From Yuukianura sp. NJ FZ-2021 (Eukaryota): 64,000 bases of DNA. This document shows, in pieces, positions 12,549 to 25,513 of the stretch. Location: assembly GCA_046563655.1 (NCBI GenBank), contig CM102285.1, forward strand, positions 12,648,001 through 12,712,000, written 5' to 3'. How positions within the stretch are numbered: the stretch's first letter is position 1; every line of letters begins with the position of its first letter. Made by a program: the position numbers and the translations under genes. Under the pieces are notes generated by a model, which searched no databases, had not been told where the DNA came from, and saw nothing but the letters and a program-made list of their open reading frames with translations.

Positions 12549-15500
12549 TATTATATGCATATATGCATTATGTCAATGACAATATGCTTTTACCCATATG
12601 AATTTCTAGTGTTAAAGTGTTATAATTAATGCAGGTTTTCATTTAGAAAATTAAAAAAGTAAGTACAATAGGGCGAAAGAGCATGCTTAGACAATGCTAG
12701 GCCTGCTCTCGAGTAAGCCTGGGAAAGTCTTAGACTTTGACCAGTTAGAAAGTCTATTGAATTCACGGATTCAATTGACTTGGATTTTTCTGGACTCTGC
12801 CTTGGCTTTGTCTATGCTTTGTCTCAATTATTGGCTAAGTCTAAGGCTTAGTCTTAGACTTTGCCTTCTATTGACCGTACTTTGGGCTTGACTTTGGAAA
12901 TGACCAGACTCAGAACCTCTATTGCATCTCCCCCCAGAAGAAGTGAGTATTCCAGGTGGTACACTCAAGATCACTTCGTCCAAAACCATCTTCTGCATCT
13001 CTAAGAACCGAAGTGGATTCTTAAGGAAAAAACTAAAAAGTTATCACAAAAACTAAAGTTACTTGGACTACAAAGTGTAGAGTAGAGAAGTAATTGATTA
13101 GGATTAAGATCAATTGCTGTCTGATCCTGCATGGAGATAAGTGTACTTTAACACTCATTATCCACTTCAAATTATTATTCAACTAAACTTCCTATTTCAC
13201 ATCCTTTCTAATTTATTTCACAAGAGCAACATGATTTATTAGCAACAAAAATATCAAAACGCTTCGCGCATAACAATTACTTTTTCCAGAGCGTCAAAAA
13301 AAATTCACTTTTTTATGAGAAGTAATCGCAGTACCGTAAACGTCCAAATAAGCAAAAGAAAATTGCCGGGAACAAAAATCCAAGGATTATGTAAATTTCA
13401 AATTTCAAAATTTAGCTTTCTCTTTTCAAAAACACTATCAACTAATCTGGTGATCAAAATTCCTAAATTCCAGTGCTCGTGTAAAAATTTATAGGGGTCC
13501 AGTTTTAAAGGGCTCCGACCCCCTTTGGGGCAAGGTGACACTTGACACCAAGGTCATAAAACATTGTTTAGTTTAAGGGACACGTATTTTGACCCTTGCT
13601 GAGCCCTTGGACACTTTCCAACACCTCAGCAGTCGGATTCCTACCAACTTTGAAATTAATAACTCAAGTGAAATTGTAAAGAAAAAGTTCAATTCCCACA
13701 GAAATAAGAATGGACCTCAAAGGGTTAAGGAGCTTCCTTAGAAATTCCTTTATTTAACACTTATTCTTAAGAGGGCTACTGAATCTCATAATTTGTAGTA
13801 CCTCACGTGAAGATTCCTTGACAGAAGCTATCCACCACAAGATCCTAAATCCTTAATCCTAAAGTGAGAAGATGACAATTCAAGCATAAATCACAAATAT
13901 CTCCACTATGCAACGTAGATTCATCCAAAAAAAATCTCAAAATTCCGTCCTGACTCAATTCTTCACGAAAACTTTTCATGAAATCTAAGATTCAGCGTAA
14001 TTTCAAGCAAATTTTTGTGTAAGTGGAATTGAAGTTGGGAAGTGAAAGCAAACTTTCTCCAAAATTTTAAATCCCAACACTTCAGAAAGTGGAAAAATGA
14101 AAATCACCGCCAATCTAATTTGGAAAACGGGAGAAGAGCGTTCATTTTATTTCCCCCGAGAAATGAAACCAAATTGCATGTCTATTTTTCTGGAAAGAGA
14201 AAAGTAGAAAAAAAGTCGTTTTTATCACCATAAACTGTCGAATTTCGTGCTAGAAGAAATAAAAATTGTGTGCTTAAGTTTGGAACTACATTTTTAAATC
14301 CTTTCTCTTCTGTAATTGAGCGTTTTTCTGCCTAAAAACGTAATTCATTCCTAATGGGTCCTGGATAGTTCACTTGAAATTAAGCATAAGTTGGATTAGG
14401 TTTAGTGAAATTAGGCACGAAGGGAGAAAGAGAAAGTACAGAAAAATCGGAGGGATGATTTTAATACACTTAATCCCACTTACACCTGTGGATCCTCTGG
14501 AAGAGTAAATGATACTATTAGAGCCAGAAGCGTATAGAAATTAGGCAGGGGAAAACCACTTTCTCCTTTATTACAAATAGACGCTTACAAAAAAAAAAGC
14601 AGCTTCATTACAAAATATAGTCACTTTTTTAGGCTTATGGACATGAGAGAGAAAGGGAGGAAAAAATGAACAAAAATGGGCTTAGCTTTAATCTAGTCTG
14701 CACACTTTCTAAGTTTAATATTATGGAAAGTAGGAGCAGCTCCAAATGCTAATTTTTCTTATCCCGGGAGTCTAATTTTTTTAAGATTTAAAAAAAAACG
14801 GGAAAATTTGAACACCGACGGCTTTGGATTTTTTTTTCTTGTGGAAAGTGGTAGCATATGCTCGCTCATGCTTTTCCTGTCACTTTCTCCTTGTGCCTAA
14901 ACTCTCGTTTTTTTTTACGGATTACAACAATTCCTTTTTAATGGTTCTCGTACTTCACCATTTTCTAATAAAATATTTTCGAAATTTTGAAAATATCATC
15001 CCGTCTTCATGAACTACACAACCTGCGACTGTATTTTGCTTTCGATCTCCAACAAGTAACTTGTTACAACCCATAATTTGGTTACGTATTGTATTTGCAC
15101 TTTTTCAAAATGGCTCGAAAGAATCTTCCAAAAATTATTTGAAGATGATTTTCATTTTGAAAACACAAATTCTGAAGTCAAAAGTTGCTGAAGCAAATCT
15201 TTTTTTTTTTGAAATCTATAGAAAATCGAAATCCAGATCACTTGGAAATAATTTATACCTGGCACGATCCGTTGAATTGAATTTTGAAATTACCCGAATC
15301 GGTGAAAAGGAGTCAACCGCTGGTACGTTACAGTGAAAATTTAGTAAAAGTCAGCAGTCGTTTTGGTTTTGAGATGAGATCTTACCTCCTAAGTTGGACA
15401 AAAGAGCAGAGATTAACAATGGGATGTCACAAAAGAGACTTTTTGGACAAAAGGAAGATCCATCACACTGTTTAGCAAGAGCAAGACATTCTGGAAGGAG

Positions 15501-16614
15501 CCATTTAGGCATGACAACGTTGTACTGCGGGGTCTACCTACCTGAAAAATTTCATTGTTACATGGGCATCTTCCCCTAAAAATTAACCTTGTGTCACATC
15601 TTTCACAGCTTCACAGCAAGAAATATCGTAACTTCGCATCAAAATTTTGAAAATGCGAAGATTTTGGTTTCTAACGGAACAGCCATTAGGTCACAGCTCG
15701 CTGACTTCCAATGAAAACGGAGAAAATTGGTCCAATTTTTTGAATTTGACAAAAAATGAGAAAATATTTTTGGAAAAACGATTGCTGCAAAGTAGACAAA
15801 AGTTAAGGGCTGTTCATTGTCACTTTTAATGGGATCTTCGTCACAGCAAGGAGTCGAAAAGCCACACGCCAAGGATCTTACTTTGAGATGTCACTCCCAG
15901 GTCACCTGGAGAAAACTGAGGGGGTACTTAAGGGCCCTTAGTTACAAGAATAACCGTTTGTGCTACATTCCTTTTGTTTTTTGAATAGCTTAGTTCTAAA
16001 GATGGTGGAGACCCTCCTGGAAGTTTTTGCGCAGTCAAGGTGTGACCAACACTTAGGATAGTGATCTCTCCTGGCTATTTGTCAATTGTGTCCAGAGGAT
16101 CCACGAGGCATCCTTAAGTGTCTTCATCTCTCCCTTCTGCCCACAAATGGAGATAGAATCATCACGGACCATCATCAATTGTCTGTCCACCGCTCTGTCA
16201 CAGGAGGTCTTGGCACAAACTGTTCAATCGTTCAATACAAACACGATTCAGGGGGAAATTGTTTGAGGCAGAGGACAAAAATGGAAATGCATCTGCTCTT
16301 GAGCAAGCAATTTCAAACTTTCTAACTTGGAAATCAGTAGCTTTGAAAATAAACTATTCGAATTTTGAAATTGAAATACCGAAAGCGAGGACAAAAAAAT
16401 ATTCGACGGCTAACAGTGGGAATGTTGCAAAATACCAAAATGTTCCAGGGTAGGGTCATCTGAGCAGAAATAATTAAACTGAAATTAAAACAATTAACTT
16501 AAATAAGTGTTAATTGAGTTTAATGATTCATTTTCTTAGATTAATTAATGTAAAACTTAGATTTGAATTTAATTTAGAACTTGGCGTCTGTTTTTGAGAA
16601 AACTTAGGGTGGTG

Positions 16615-16629
16615 GCGCCATCTGGCTGG
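16615..16629 (-). promoter_or_regulatory. CTCF-like motif upstream of MARCH6
   Basis: Minus strand reads CCAGCCAGATGGCGC, close to the AGATGGCGC core of CTCF sites. It is a GC-rich island in AT-rich sequence ~740 bp upstream of the ATG. Confidence 0.35.
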
Positions 16630-17358
16630 GAAACGTCCATTTGAAATTGAAATTTCAATCAGCTGATGTTGCAAAATTTGTAAACTCCAAAAAACAAAAT
16701 AAAAATAACTTTTCTTGTTATTTTTTTCCGCAATTAAATTAATTGATCTTTACTCAATTAACGGTGGATTGTTTATTTATAAAAACTGGATCACCTACAA
16801 ATTAAGGAAATTACAGTCATCCTGGACATAGTTGGAGAGTTAGACAGCACTCTGCAATAAAACAAGGAGATTACTAACCACTTCATCTTGAGAGCTAAAG
16901 AAATCTGGAAAACTACACGTAAGAATAACATATTGGGAATTGGGGGTTCAACATAACAGTGTTTTATCTGCTCTGTTTACTAAACAACTATCATACGAGG
17001 TCAAAGATAGTCTAAATTGCTGACAAAGTGCTGACTCCGACTAAACTCCTCAACTGATGTGTTGTGTACTATTTGATTTCAAGGAATCTAAGCATTGAGT
17101 CAAGGAACTCTTTCTTAGCTTTGAGGTTTGAGGTTGTCGAGAGAAAGAAGTCATTGACAGTAATTTAGCAAGTTAACTAAAACGTTAATTTTGTATCTAA
17201 ATTTAGGTTGCACAATTCATTGCCGTGAAGTTCCACAAGTGAATCCCTGTCCTACTACTGCCTGGAATAAAATCAATGCAAATGTGCTTTGGAAGGAACG
17301 GAAGATAGTGTTTGGTGGGTACTGAAATAAGAGCAAGTGTACCTTTAGATTGGTCATA

Positions 17359-20300
17359 ATGGATGATATTCAAGGTAAGCCATTAAGATTCAGTTTATAG
17401 TAATCCGTAGTTCAGTAGTATCGTAGTATCGAACGTTTTCTAAAATATCTCTCATTGCCCTCTTTCAGATATTTGCCGAGTCTGTCGATCCGAAGGGTCT
17501 CCAGACCGACCCCTGTTTTATCCATGCGTTTGTACTGGAAGTATAAAGTATATCCACCAAGACTGTCTTACGCAATGGTTGAGATACAGCCGCAAAGAGT
17601 ACTGCGAACTATGCAATCACCGGTTTTCGTTTACACCAAGTAAGTTTACTTCAAAAATCAAAGTCACGGAGGATGTTGTGGACTGAGCTAATACTGTTTC
17701 TCGCTTTCAGTCTATGCTCCCGATATGCCGAAAAGGTTACCGATTAAGGATTTGATATATGGACTGCTTTCGAGCGTTGGGACTGCCTTCCGTTTCTGGT
17801 TCCATTACACGCTAGTGGCATTCTCGTGGTTAGGAGTTGTTCCTCTGTCAGCGTGCAGAATTCATCGGAGTCTGTTCGGAGGTTCCATCGCATCTGTTCT
17901 ATCTCTTCCAATAGATCTCTTCTCCACGTAAGAGTCGAACTTTTGCCAATTCAATGATTCATCTAAACCAAAAAGTGAGCGAATTCAGTATTTTTGTGCT
18001 TGCTTTTGGTAACAACTGATGTTGTAATTTAGCGAAAATATCTTGATCGATATTTTTCATGGATGCGTTGTGGTCATCTGTGCGCTCTCCGTCTTTATCA
18101 GCCTCGTTTGGCTCCGAGAACACATCGTACATGGCGGGGGCCCAGATTGGCTAATGGATCAGCCAGCACCGGTATGCCTTAAGATTTTGTCATCTTTCAC
18201 TTGTCATAGTTTTCAAGTTTTGTGCCTTTCTTGATTAGAACGAAGGTCCAGAGGCTGTCGCTGAGGAAGAAGTACTGAACGAGGACGAGATTCAAGGGAA
18301 CGGAAATGCTGCTGGAGCGGACGGGGATGGTGGTCCGATACCACATAACAACAACAATGTAATTGATCGCTTTCTAGAAACCTAGAAACCTTGTATTTTT
18401 CACTTCTAATCGATTTTTCTCATTTTGACTTTTAGAATCGGCGAGAACGAGGACGAGCAGATCGAAACAACGATGAAATGAACTGGCCAATGGATTGGGA
18501 CAGAGCTGGAGAAGAATTAACTTGGGAAAGACTTCTGGGACTTGATGGCTCTCTTTTATTCATCGAACATGTCTTTTGGGTCGTGTCACTCAACACTCTT
18601 TGTATCCTTGTCTTCGGTAAGCATTACTCGAACTAATTTAAACCATTCACGTGAACTAATTTCAATCGATGCTGCTTTCTTTTCAGAATTTTCACCATAC
18701 CACATCGGTTACTACATTCTTTGGGCTATGCAGCTCCAAGAATGGATTCAATACGCACATTTCGAAGGCCTCCTGACAACACTTGTTGGGTATTTAGTCA
18801 TTGGTATATCGCTCGTCCTGCTCCATGCCTTCGCAACGTTTTTTCGGCTCAGGAAGTAAGTTCAAAATCTTGATTTTTGAGAGAAATTTTGAAGACTTCT
18901 TGAATTAACTTTCTCTTTTTTGCAGAACGCGTAAAATCTTAGGGATTTCGTACGTTGTCGTTAAAGTTTGTCTGTTGTGTGTCGCCGAAGTTGGAATATT
19001 TCCATTGCTCTGCGGTTGGTGGCTGGATGTCTGTTCACTACCTCTCTTTGATGCGTCTTTGAAGGTATCCTGACAATTCTGTGTCAAAAATGTGAGACTA
19101 AACGTTAAAATTCGTTTGATTTTGTAGGACAGAGAAACTAGTTTTCTCAAAGCACCCGGTACAAGTATGTTTATGCACTGGCTCTTCGGTATGGTCTATG
19201 TCTTCTACTTTGCTTCGTTTGTTCTGCTGTTGAGAGAAGTACTGCGGCCAGGGGTGCTTTGGTTTCTACGGAACCTGAACGATCCAGATTATAATCCAGT
19301 TCAAGAAGTAAGTTGATTGTGAATAGAAAGCTTGAAGTTTTGTGTGATTGGACGACTAATTTCTGCCCTCTTGCTTTCAGATGATTCAGTTACCAATTGC
19401 CAAACACGTTCGGAGATTCTTGTTTTCTGGAATTCTTTTTGGCACTACTACGTTGCTCATGGTTTGGGGTCCAATTCGTGTCATAAAGAAAATTACACCA
19501 GCTTTTCTGCCATACAACTTCACGTTCACAACGTAAGTAAATGCTTCAGTACATTACAAGTTAAGGAAATATTCTTGATAATATTTCGTATTTCAATTTG
19601 CAGCGAAGCAACAAATGAAATGTCTTTGGAGTTGGTACTTTTACAAGTAAGTTTCCAGAAAGCCCCTTTAATTTTAAAGTTAAATATTTAAGCTAGAACT
19701 ATTAATATTAACATTTTATTTCATTTTAGGTAATGATGCCTGCTCTTCTCGAGCAAGGACACACACGAGAATGGATGAAGTCTATGATTCGCGGATGGTG
19801 CATTTGTGCATCTTGGTTTCTTGATTTACGATCCTACCTCCTTGGCGATGTCAATCTTTCAGACAATGTAAGTTTTAAGTTTCTTCAAAATAGAACTTTA
19901 ATTTTAAAGTTTAGTTACATGAGCTAAGGTGAGCTATAGAATCGATGTAGGTTATATTTTGAGCACTGTGTTTTCAAAGTAATGGATTCTAGTCCAAACT
20001 TTTCCTAACTACCATTGGAACGTCAAAAAGCAGATTGAGATAGGAATTAACAATTAGGAAGAAACTACGGCTGAAAGCACTCCATTTGTTTCGGACGAAA
20101 CTTGCAAATCTCTCGGTTAGGACGACACAAAGCGGAATGTTATCTGGTTCCGACTCTTTTCGATACTTGAGTGAATCTTCCGTTTTGTTTGTGTACTTGT
20201 ACATGTAACAAGATGGAATCTGGCTAACGGTATGAACTTTATGGAAAGCATCAGGTAAAATGGACACTGTGTTCTTAATCGATGCTGGATCAAAAGTTTC

Positions 20301-23300
20301 AGTTTCCAATGTTTTTAAAGTGACATTGTCCAGTCCTGGTTGCTGGACGATAATTTCTCCCTTCATTAGAATTAGAGAAACGTTATTTAGCGCAGGAGGC
20401 AAGTAATTCTCGAGTGTTAGTCCAGGATAATCTGCGACGAAAATAACGTTGGACGATCTTGTCCAGTTCCCAACTTCGGCAGAAATCTTGTCAAATACTT
20501 CCCCGCGCCAGTGTGAGAATTCATGAAGGAGCGGAAGTACCCAGGGTACTTCTTCCCAAGGGGACCATGGGGCCTTCAGAATGTCCACGCGTGGGTCAAA
20601 GATTCGTTGTTGAAATCGGCCATTGAGGGACTTCCAGACGTCAAAGTAAACTTGAATGTTGGTAACATTGTAAGGTTCAAGGTTTCGCGCAATGCAAGAT
20701 GCGTACTGTTTGGCCATGTCAGCGTGGCTACTCCATCGTTCATTGGTTGTCCAAACCTAGAAGTGATAAACCAAAATTAGTAATCTGCTACGTTTAGTGG
20801 ATTTGTTTACGTTAGGATCCAAATAGCGTTCTGCTCCAGTGACATAATCCTTGACAGTTATTTTGGTGTGCAGAGTGTCCCATGAGTAGACCATCATGTC
20901 CCAGGAGTAGCCGTACAAGCCTTTTGTCCAATTGTTGTAGCCCTTGATTAATCAGAACAGTTTTAAGAAAATTTTTAGTTAGAATTAACGAATTATGAAA
21001 TTTATTTCAAAACTTGTGGGTTTGAAATTGTTGAATTTTTGGCTAACTTTTGTGAGTGAATGAGTAAACGGAAGTGTGATTTGCAGTGACATGTAGAGGA
21101 ACAAGAGTGCTGTGATCCGATTTTCTTTTAAATTTGTAGGAGTTTCGGTTTTTGAAGTTGAAGCAGCGCCGTGTCCATTGCTGATTTTGGTTGTGGTAGG
21201 TTTTATCCCGGCAGATTTGACCTCTTGTGACCTGAATGCTTTCGGTCTAAAACGTTTTTGAAGTTCAAGTTTTAGGAGAAAAGAATAAGAAATGATTTTT
21301 TGATTTTTAGTTTTGTTGCAAAATGTTACCGCGATTTGTTGCGAATTGGTTTAGGTTTGAGTTGATACTGGCTATTTGTTGGCCACTTGAAATTTAGCAT
21401 GTCTGGTGAGCAGAAGAGCGTGAGCGAGGCCATGCAAACGTAGGGAAACATGCCTAGATAGATTGATTTAAAGTTATGTTTAGGTTATGTTTAAGTTAGG
21501 GTATTACAACGGTGACTTGATTGCTTAATATGACTTGCTGCAAGTTGTTTGTGCTTCTCGGGGGGATAAAGATAGTAATAGGATTAGGGATTTACCAATT
21601 TCGAAGAGCTGAGAATTCATTCCATGGAAGAGAAAGGAGAGGAGAAAGCCAAGGGGCTTTGTCCGTTGGAAATTGAGCAGAAATCCAGCCAACAGATCGT
21701 AAGCAAATCCTCCGAGATGGATTACGTAGTAAGCCAGGAATTCTTCTCCAAGGATTTCGCTAAATCAGCACCACAACAGATTCACTTTCATTCCCTTTTC
21801 TATTCTAACTTTCCCCGTCAGCAGCGATTTGCTGCTTAAAATGAAAAAGTTAGCATGATAGAATACCTGGCTGGCGACAGGATGCGATGCTTGGCAATAT
21901 TGCGCATGGAGTAGCCAGAGAACCAGTCAGCATCAATTTTCTTAATAGCAGCTAAGAAGTAGAGTAAAGTAAATTGAAATCTGAGCATAAAGTAGTTCCA
22001 GATAGGGCATTTCTGTTCAGGTTGAGCTGGCTGAGTCAAATTGTCCAATGAACTGCAAAGAATATTGAAATTTTGAGTGAAATGATGTATAAAATTTTGG
22101 AAATTTTTGGAAAATTGTACAGGAAGGCTGTAGCGTTTGAGCCGGAGAGGAGAATGACTGTTAGAGCAAACAAGTACGAGTGGTTGTTCCATCTTGATTT
22201 GTCGAGAAGGAGAAAGTAGAGATATGGAATGAGGAAGAGAAAGCAGGAGGTGCGGAATTTGTAGCCCAAACAAATTCCTAGGCTTCCTGTTACAAAAGAA
22301 GAAAGTTGCAAATTTTGAAACAGGAATTTTGAAAATTTTGGAAGAAAATGTTGTCCGGTTTGAGTTGTTTCTTTACCGATCCACATTATAGAGTAGAGAA
22401 CGCAAGCAACTTGAACCGAAACCGGCTTGATTAGGGAAAATAGAGGGAAGAAACAGTGGTTTCGGTTTCCGAATCGGATGTCCGCATCTTCAAGTCCTCT
22501 TTCTTGGAAAACATCCAAGAACATACATAATCCTAGGAGAAAGTTATGCCAAAGAGGGAACGATTAGATCATTTTTTGTTGTTGAGATTTTCTGTTTTGT
22601 GAATCAAAAGCCCGGGGAAGGAGAAAGTGCTAAGATTTTTACTTACCAAAAAGAAACCGAAATAATCCTATGCCTCTGGCGTCGGTTTGCCTAAAAAGGT
22701 ATTTTCTAAATTCGTTGTAGGATTTTGGCACTAAAGTACAAAGGATTTTGAAAATGGAGTAAATTTTGGCCATGTTTTTTAGAATAGCGTTAGTATCGAT
22801 CCTTATGTGCCTTGGACCTTATAACTTGGTAGTGCTAAGGTACTTTCTCGTCGTGCCTTTCTTGTTCAACTGACTTAAAATCCGTTCTTCCGTTATCTTA
22901 GGAAACTGACTGGCTTTCTCTCACTCAAGTCTAGCCAAAAACCAAGCCAAGATTTTTTATTCTGCTACTCTGGCGTCCTTATACTACTTTTCTCCCGGTT
23001 TTCCAACCTTAACTTGTTCTAACACTCTCGTCGTCTACTCGTTCTAACGCTCTAGAGCACGTGAAAGCAATTTCCTTTTGGTTAGAGCTAGGAACAAGGG
23101 CGGAGTGTTGAGTTGACTCTCACAGAAGATTATCTTTGTTCCATTCCGCCACATAGTACATAGGCGGTGAAAGGCCGTGGTGAAAGTTTCACCTGAAGTA
23201 AACCAAGTTAGGTTGAAAGTGAACCTAACGTGGTGCGAGCGGTGGAGAGTAATGGACTAAAGTCTAGGTTTGTTATGTGCAGAAATGATGTAATGAAAAT

Positions 23301-25070
23301 GAAATGGGAGAGGCGTGTAATGTAATACGAGTCGAGGGAAACATTTGTACTTATGGTTTTGTGGATTTACACTGGGTTATGGACAGTTAAATGAAAACGA
23401 GTGGGACAGAATGTGTTATGACCGGAATAAAACAGTAGGATGTCTGATGTTATGTACTTTTACATAGTGTTTTCCATAATGGTTTGATTTGATTTTCTAG
23501 AGTACGGACGTTATTGTGCCAGCGGGTAATGGAAACGACCCAGTTCAGAATGGGCAGGATGAGGGATTCGCAGAAGAGGAAATGGACGTGCCGATGGCTC
23601 CTGAAGGGGATTTGCAACAACAAGCTCCAGTAGCTGCGGCGGATCAGGGTGGATTTGGATTTGGACTGGGCGGAGGCCTGGGAGCAGCACATCAAGCTCT
23701 GTTGCTAAGAGACAGTCCTACGGAGTTTCATCCCTACCGATGCCCGAAGTGGTTTCACTTCAAGGTATACGCCTATGATTAATGATTTATGTTGAGACGG
23801 AGTTTTGGAAGTTAATTAACTTTGGGAATTATGAAGTGATTGGTTGGTTCCAGGTTGGAGTACTGATTATGTTCATGGCGGCTACGCTGAGTGTTGTGAG
23901 TTTCGCGGTATTGACAGTCCCGGGTAAGTGAAGATGACAAAAGCCTTCTAAGTGTCGTGTTGAATTAATGGTTGAGATTTTGGCTTCCAAAGTTTTGGTT
24001 TATTTTGCAGTGAGCGTTGGGCGAGCTGTTATGAGCTATTGGCTTCAGACGAAAGGAGAAGGGATTCATGAATTGTATACGACGGCAACAGGGCTTTATG
24101 TAACGTGGATAGGAATTCGATGTTTAATTATTTTGAGCACTTGGATTCCCAAAGGATGGGCCGTGGTTTTGAACACGCTGAAAACATGGAGTCTTACTGT
24201 AAGCATTTTTAGAGTGTTAGCAATGATTTGTAGATTTGTTCTAATTTCTAATCCGATTTTTAGGTAACGAAAGCTGTAATAGCAATGGTAATTTTGATTG
24301 GAGTGATTCCGTACCTCTGTGGGCTGCTGTTTGAACTAGTCGTCATCACCCCGATTCGGATTCCAATCAGTCAATCCCCGATTCACATTGCAAGTGAAAA
24401 CTGGGTCATGGGGACGCTGTATATTAAAATTGCTTGTGCTGGCACAATGATGACCCCTCCAAACTTTTGGCTTCGTCGAACTTTAGAACGAGTAAGTTCT
24501 GCAAAATTGAATTTCGAATTTAATGAGAGTTTCGGATGTTTACTTTTGTCTTTTGAAATTCTAGCTGTACAACAATGGCATTCGGAACATCGATTTGAAT
24601 CTAATCATCCAAGAATTGGCTGCTCCGTGCATTGTTGGATTTGGCTTGGCCCTCGCAATCCCTTATGTGATAAGCAAAACCGTTGTACCTCTCTTTGGTA
24701 AGTGAAAGCACAACATGCTTCATGCTTCAAACATTATCCATGCTTTTGAATCTAAAGTTCTGGTTTTGTATAGTTACGAATTTGGAAACGCTGAATTTAG
24801 TGGAGCGCAGAATCTTTCCGCTGATTCTTGTGCTCTTCATCATTTACGGAATTATTTTGTTCCAAATTCGCCAGTTTACGAAATTATACGAGCACATCAA
24901 GAATGACAAGTAAGTTTTCGAAAACAAAAATGAATTTTAGAAAACGGTAAAGCAAGATGTGATTTTTTGAAAATGCTTTCAGATACTTGGTGGGAAGACG
25001 ATTGGTCAACTACGAACGCCCTCCGCCAACACCGAAACTCCAGGCAGTGCCAACGGCAGTGGTTCAGTAG
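17359..25070 (+). CDS. MARCHF6: E3 ubiquitin ligase MARCHF6 (TEB4/Doa10), multi-exon
   Basis: The spliced N-terminus [62 protein letters not shown] is a RING-CH domain. Also present: [10 protein letters not shown], the TD-domain segment [16 protein letters not shown], many TM segments and the C-terminal [20 protein letters not shown]. Confidence 0.97.
19989..22773 (-). CDS. GGCX: Vitamin K-dependent gamma-glutamyl carboxylase, nested antisense in MARCH6 intron 19868-23500
   Basis: Motifs [28 protein letters not shown] (catalytic Lys region), [23 protein letters not shown] and [17 protein letters not shown] at 22773, stop at 19989. Confidence 0.96.
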
Positions 25071-25513
25071 TCTCTATTTCGAAATTCAAATTGTCAACTT
25101 TAAATTCACTTTGAAACGTTGATCCCACCACCACACTTCACACCTTGAGATAAAATCTTTGTCTTGAAACTTGTGTTAACACTTCTTAACACTTTAGGTA
25201 GATTTATGAACAGTTTTAGAAATCAATGCTCTTTTTGTGAGTATGTCAAACATTATTTTTTGTGGAAGCCTCTTGCGTTATTTTAAAAAGTATTTTATTC
25301 CTAAGGCAGGTATACTTATTGTGCTTAGGCTGTCTAACGTTTAATAGCAATCAAATGTAAATAGAGTGAAAGTGTTTCAAATTCAGACTGAATTTTCTGA
25401 ACGTTTGGAGGTTAAGAATTTAATATTAGAGTTTTACAGTAAGGTTCAAGAAGTCTAAGTATATTTACTGTAGGTTTTGAAGTAAACACTAATTAAAATT
25501 AAGTTTGTTTGAT

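Larger units (their letters stand above)
10763..12934. mobile_element. Non-autonomous PIF/Harbinger-like DNA element (outer element of a nest)
   Basis: Imperfect 17-bp TIRs (GAAGGAGATTCAATAGA vs GGGGGAGATGCAATAGA, 14/17). Both ends are flanked by CAG, a candidate 3-bp TSD. An inverted subterminal motif AAGCCCAAAGT occurs at both ends. Confidence 0.5.

Noticed and set aside
16086..16453. Short ORFs upstream of MARCH6
   Set aside because: Stops interrupt every frame tried on both strands and no motif was recognised. A divergent non-coding transcript cannot be excluded.
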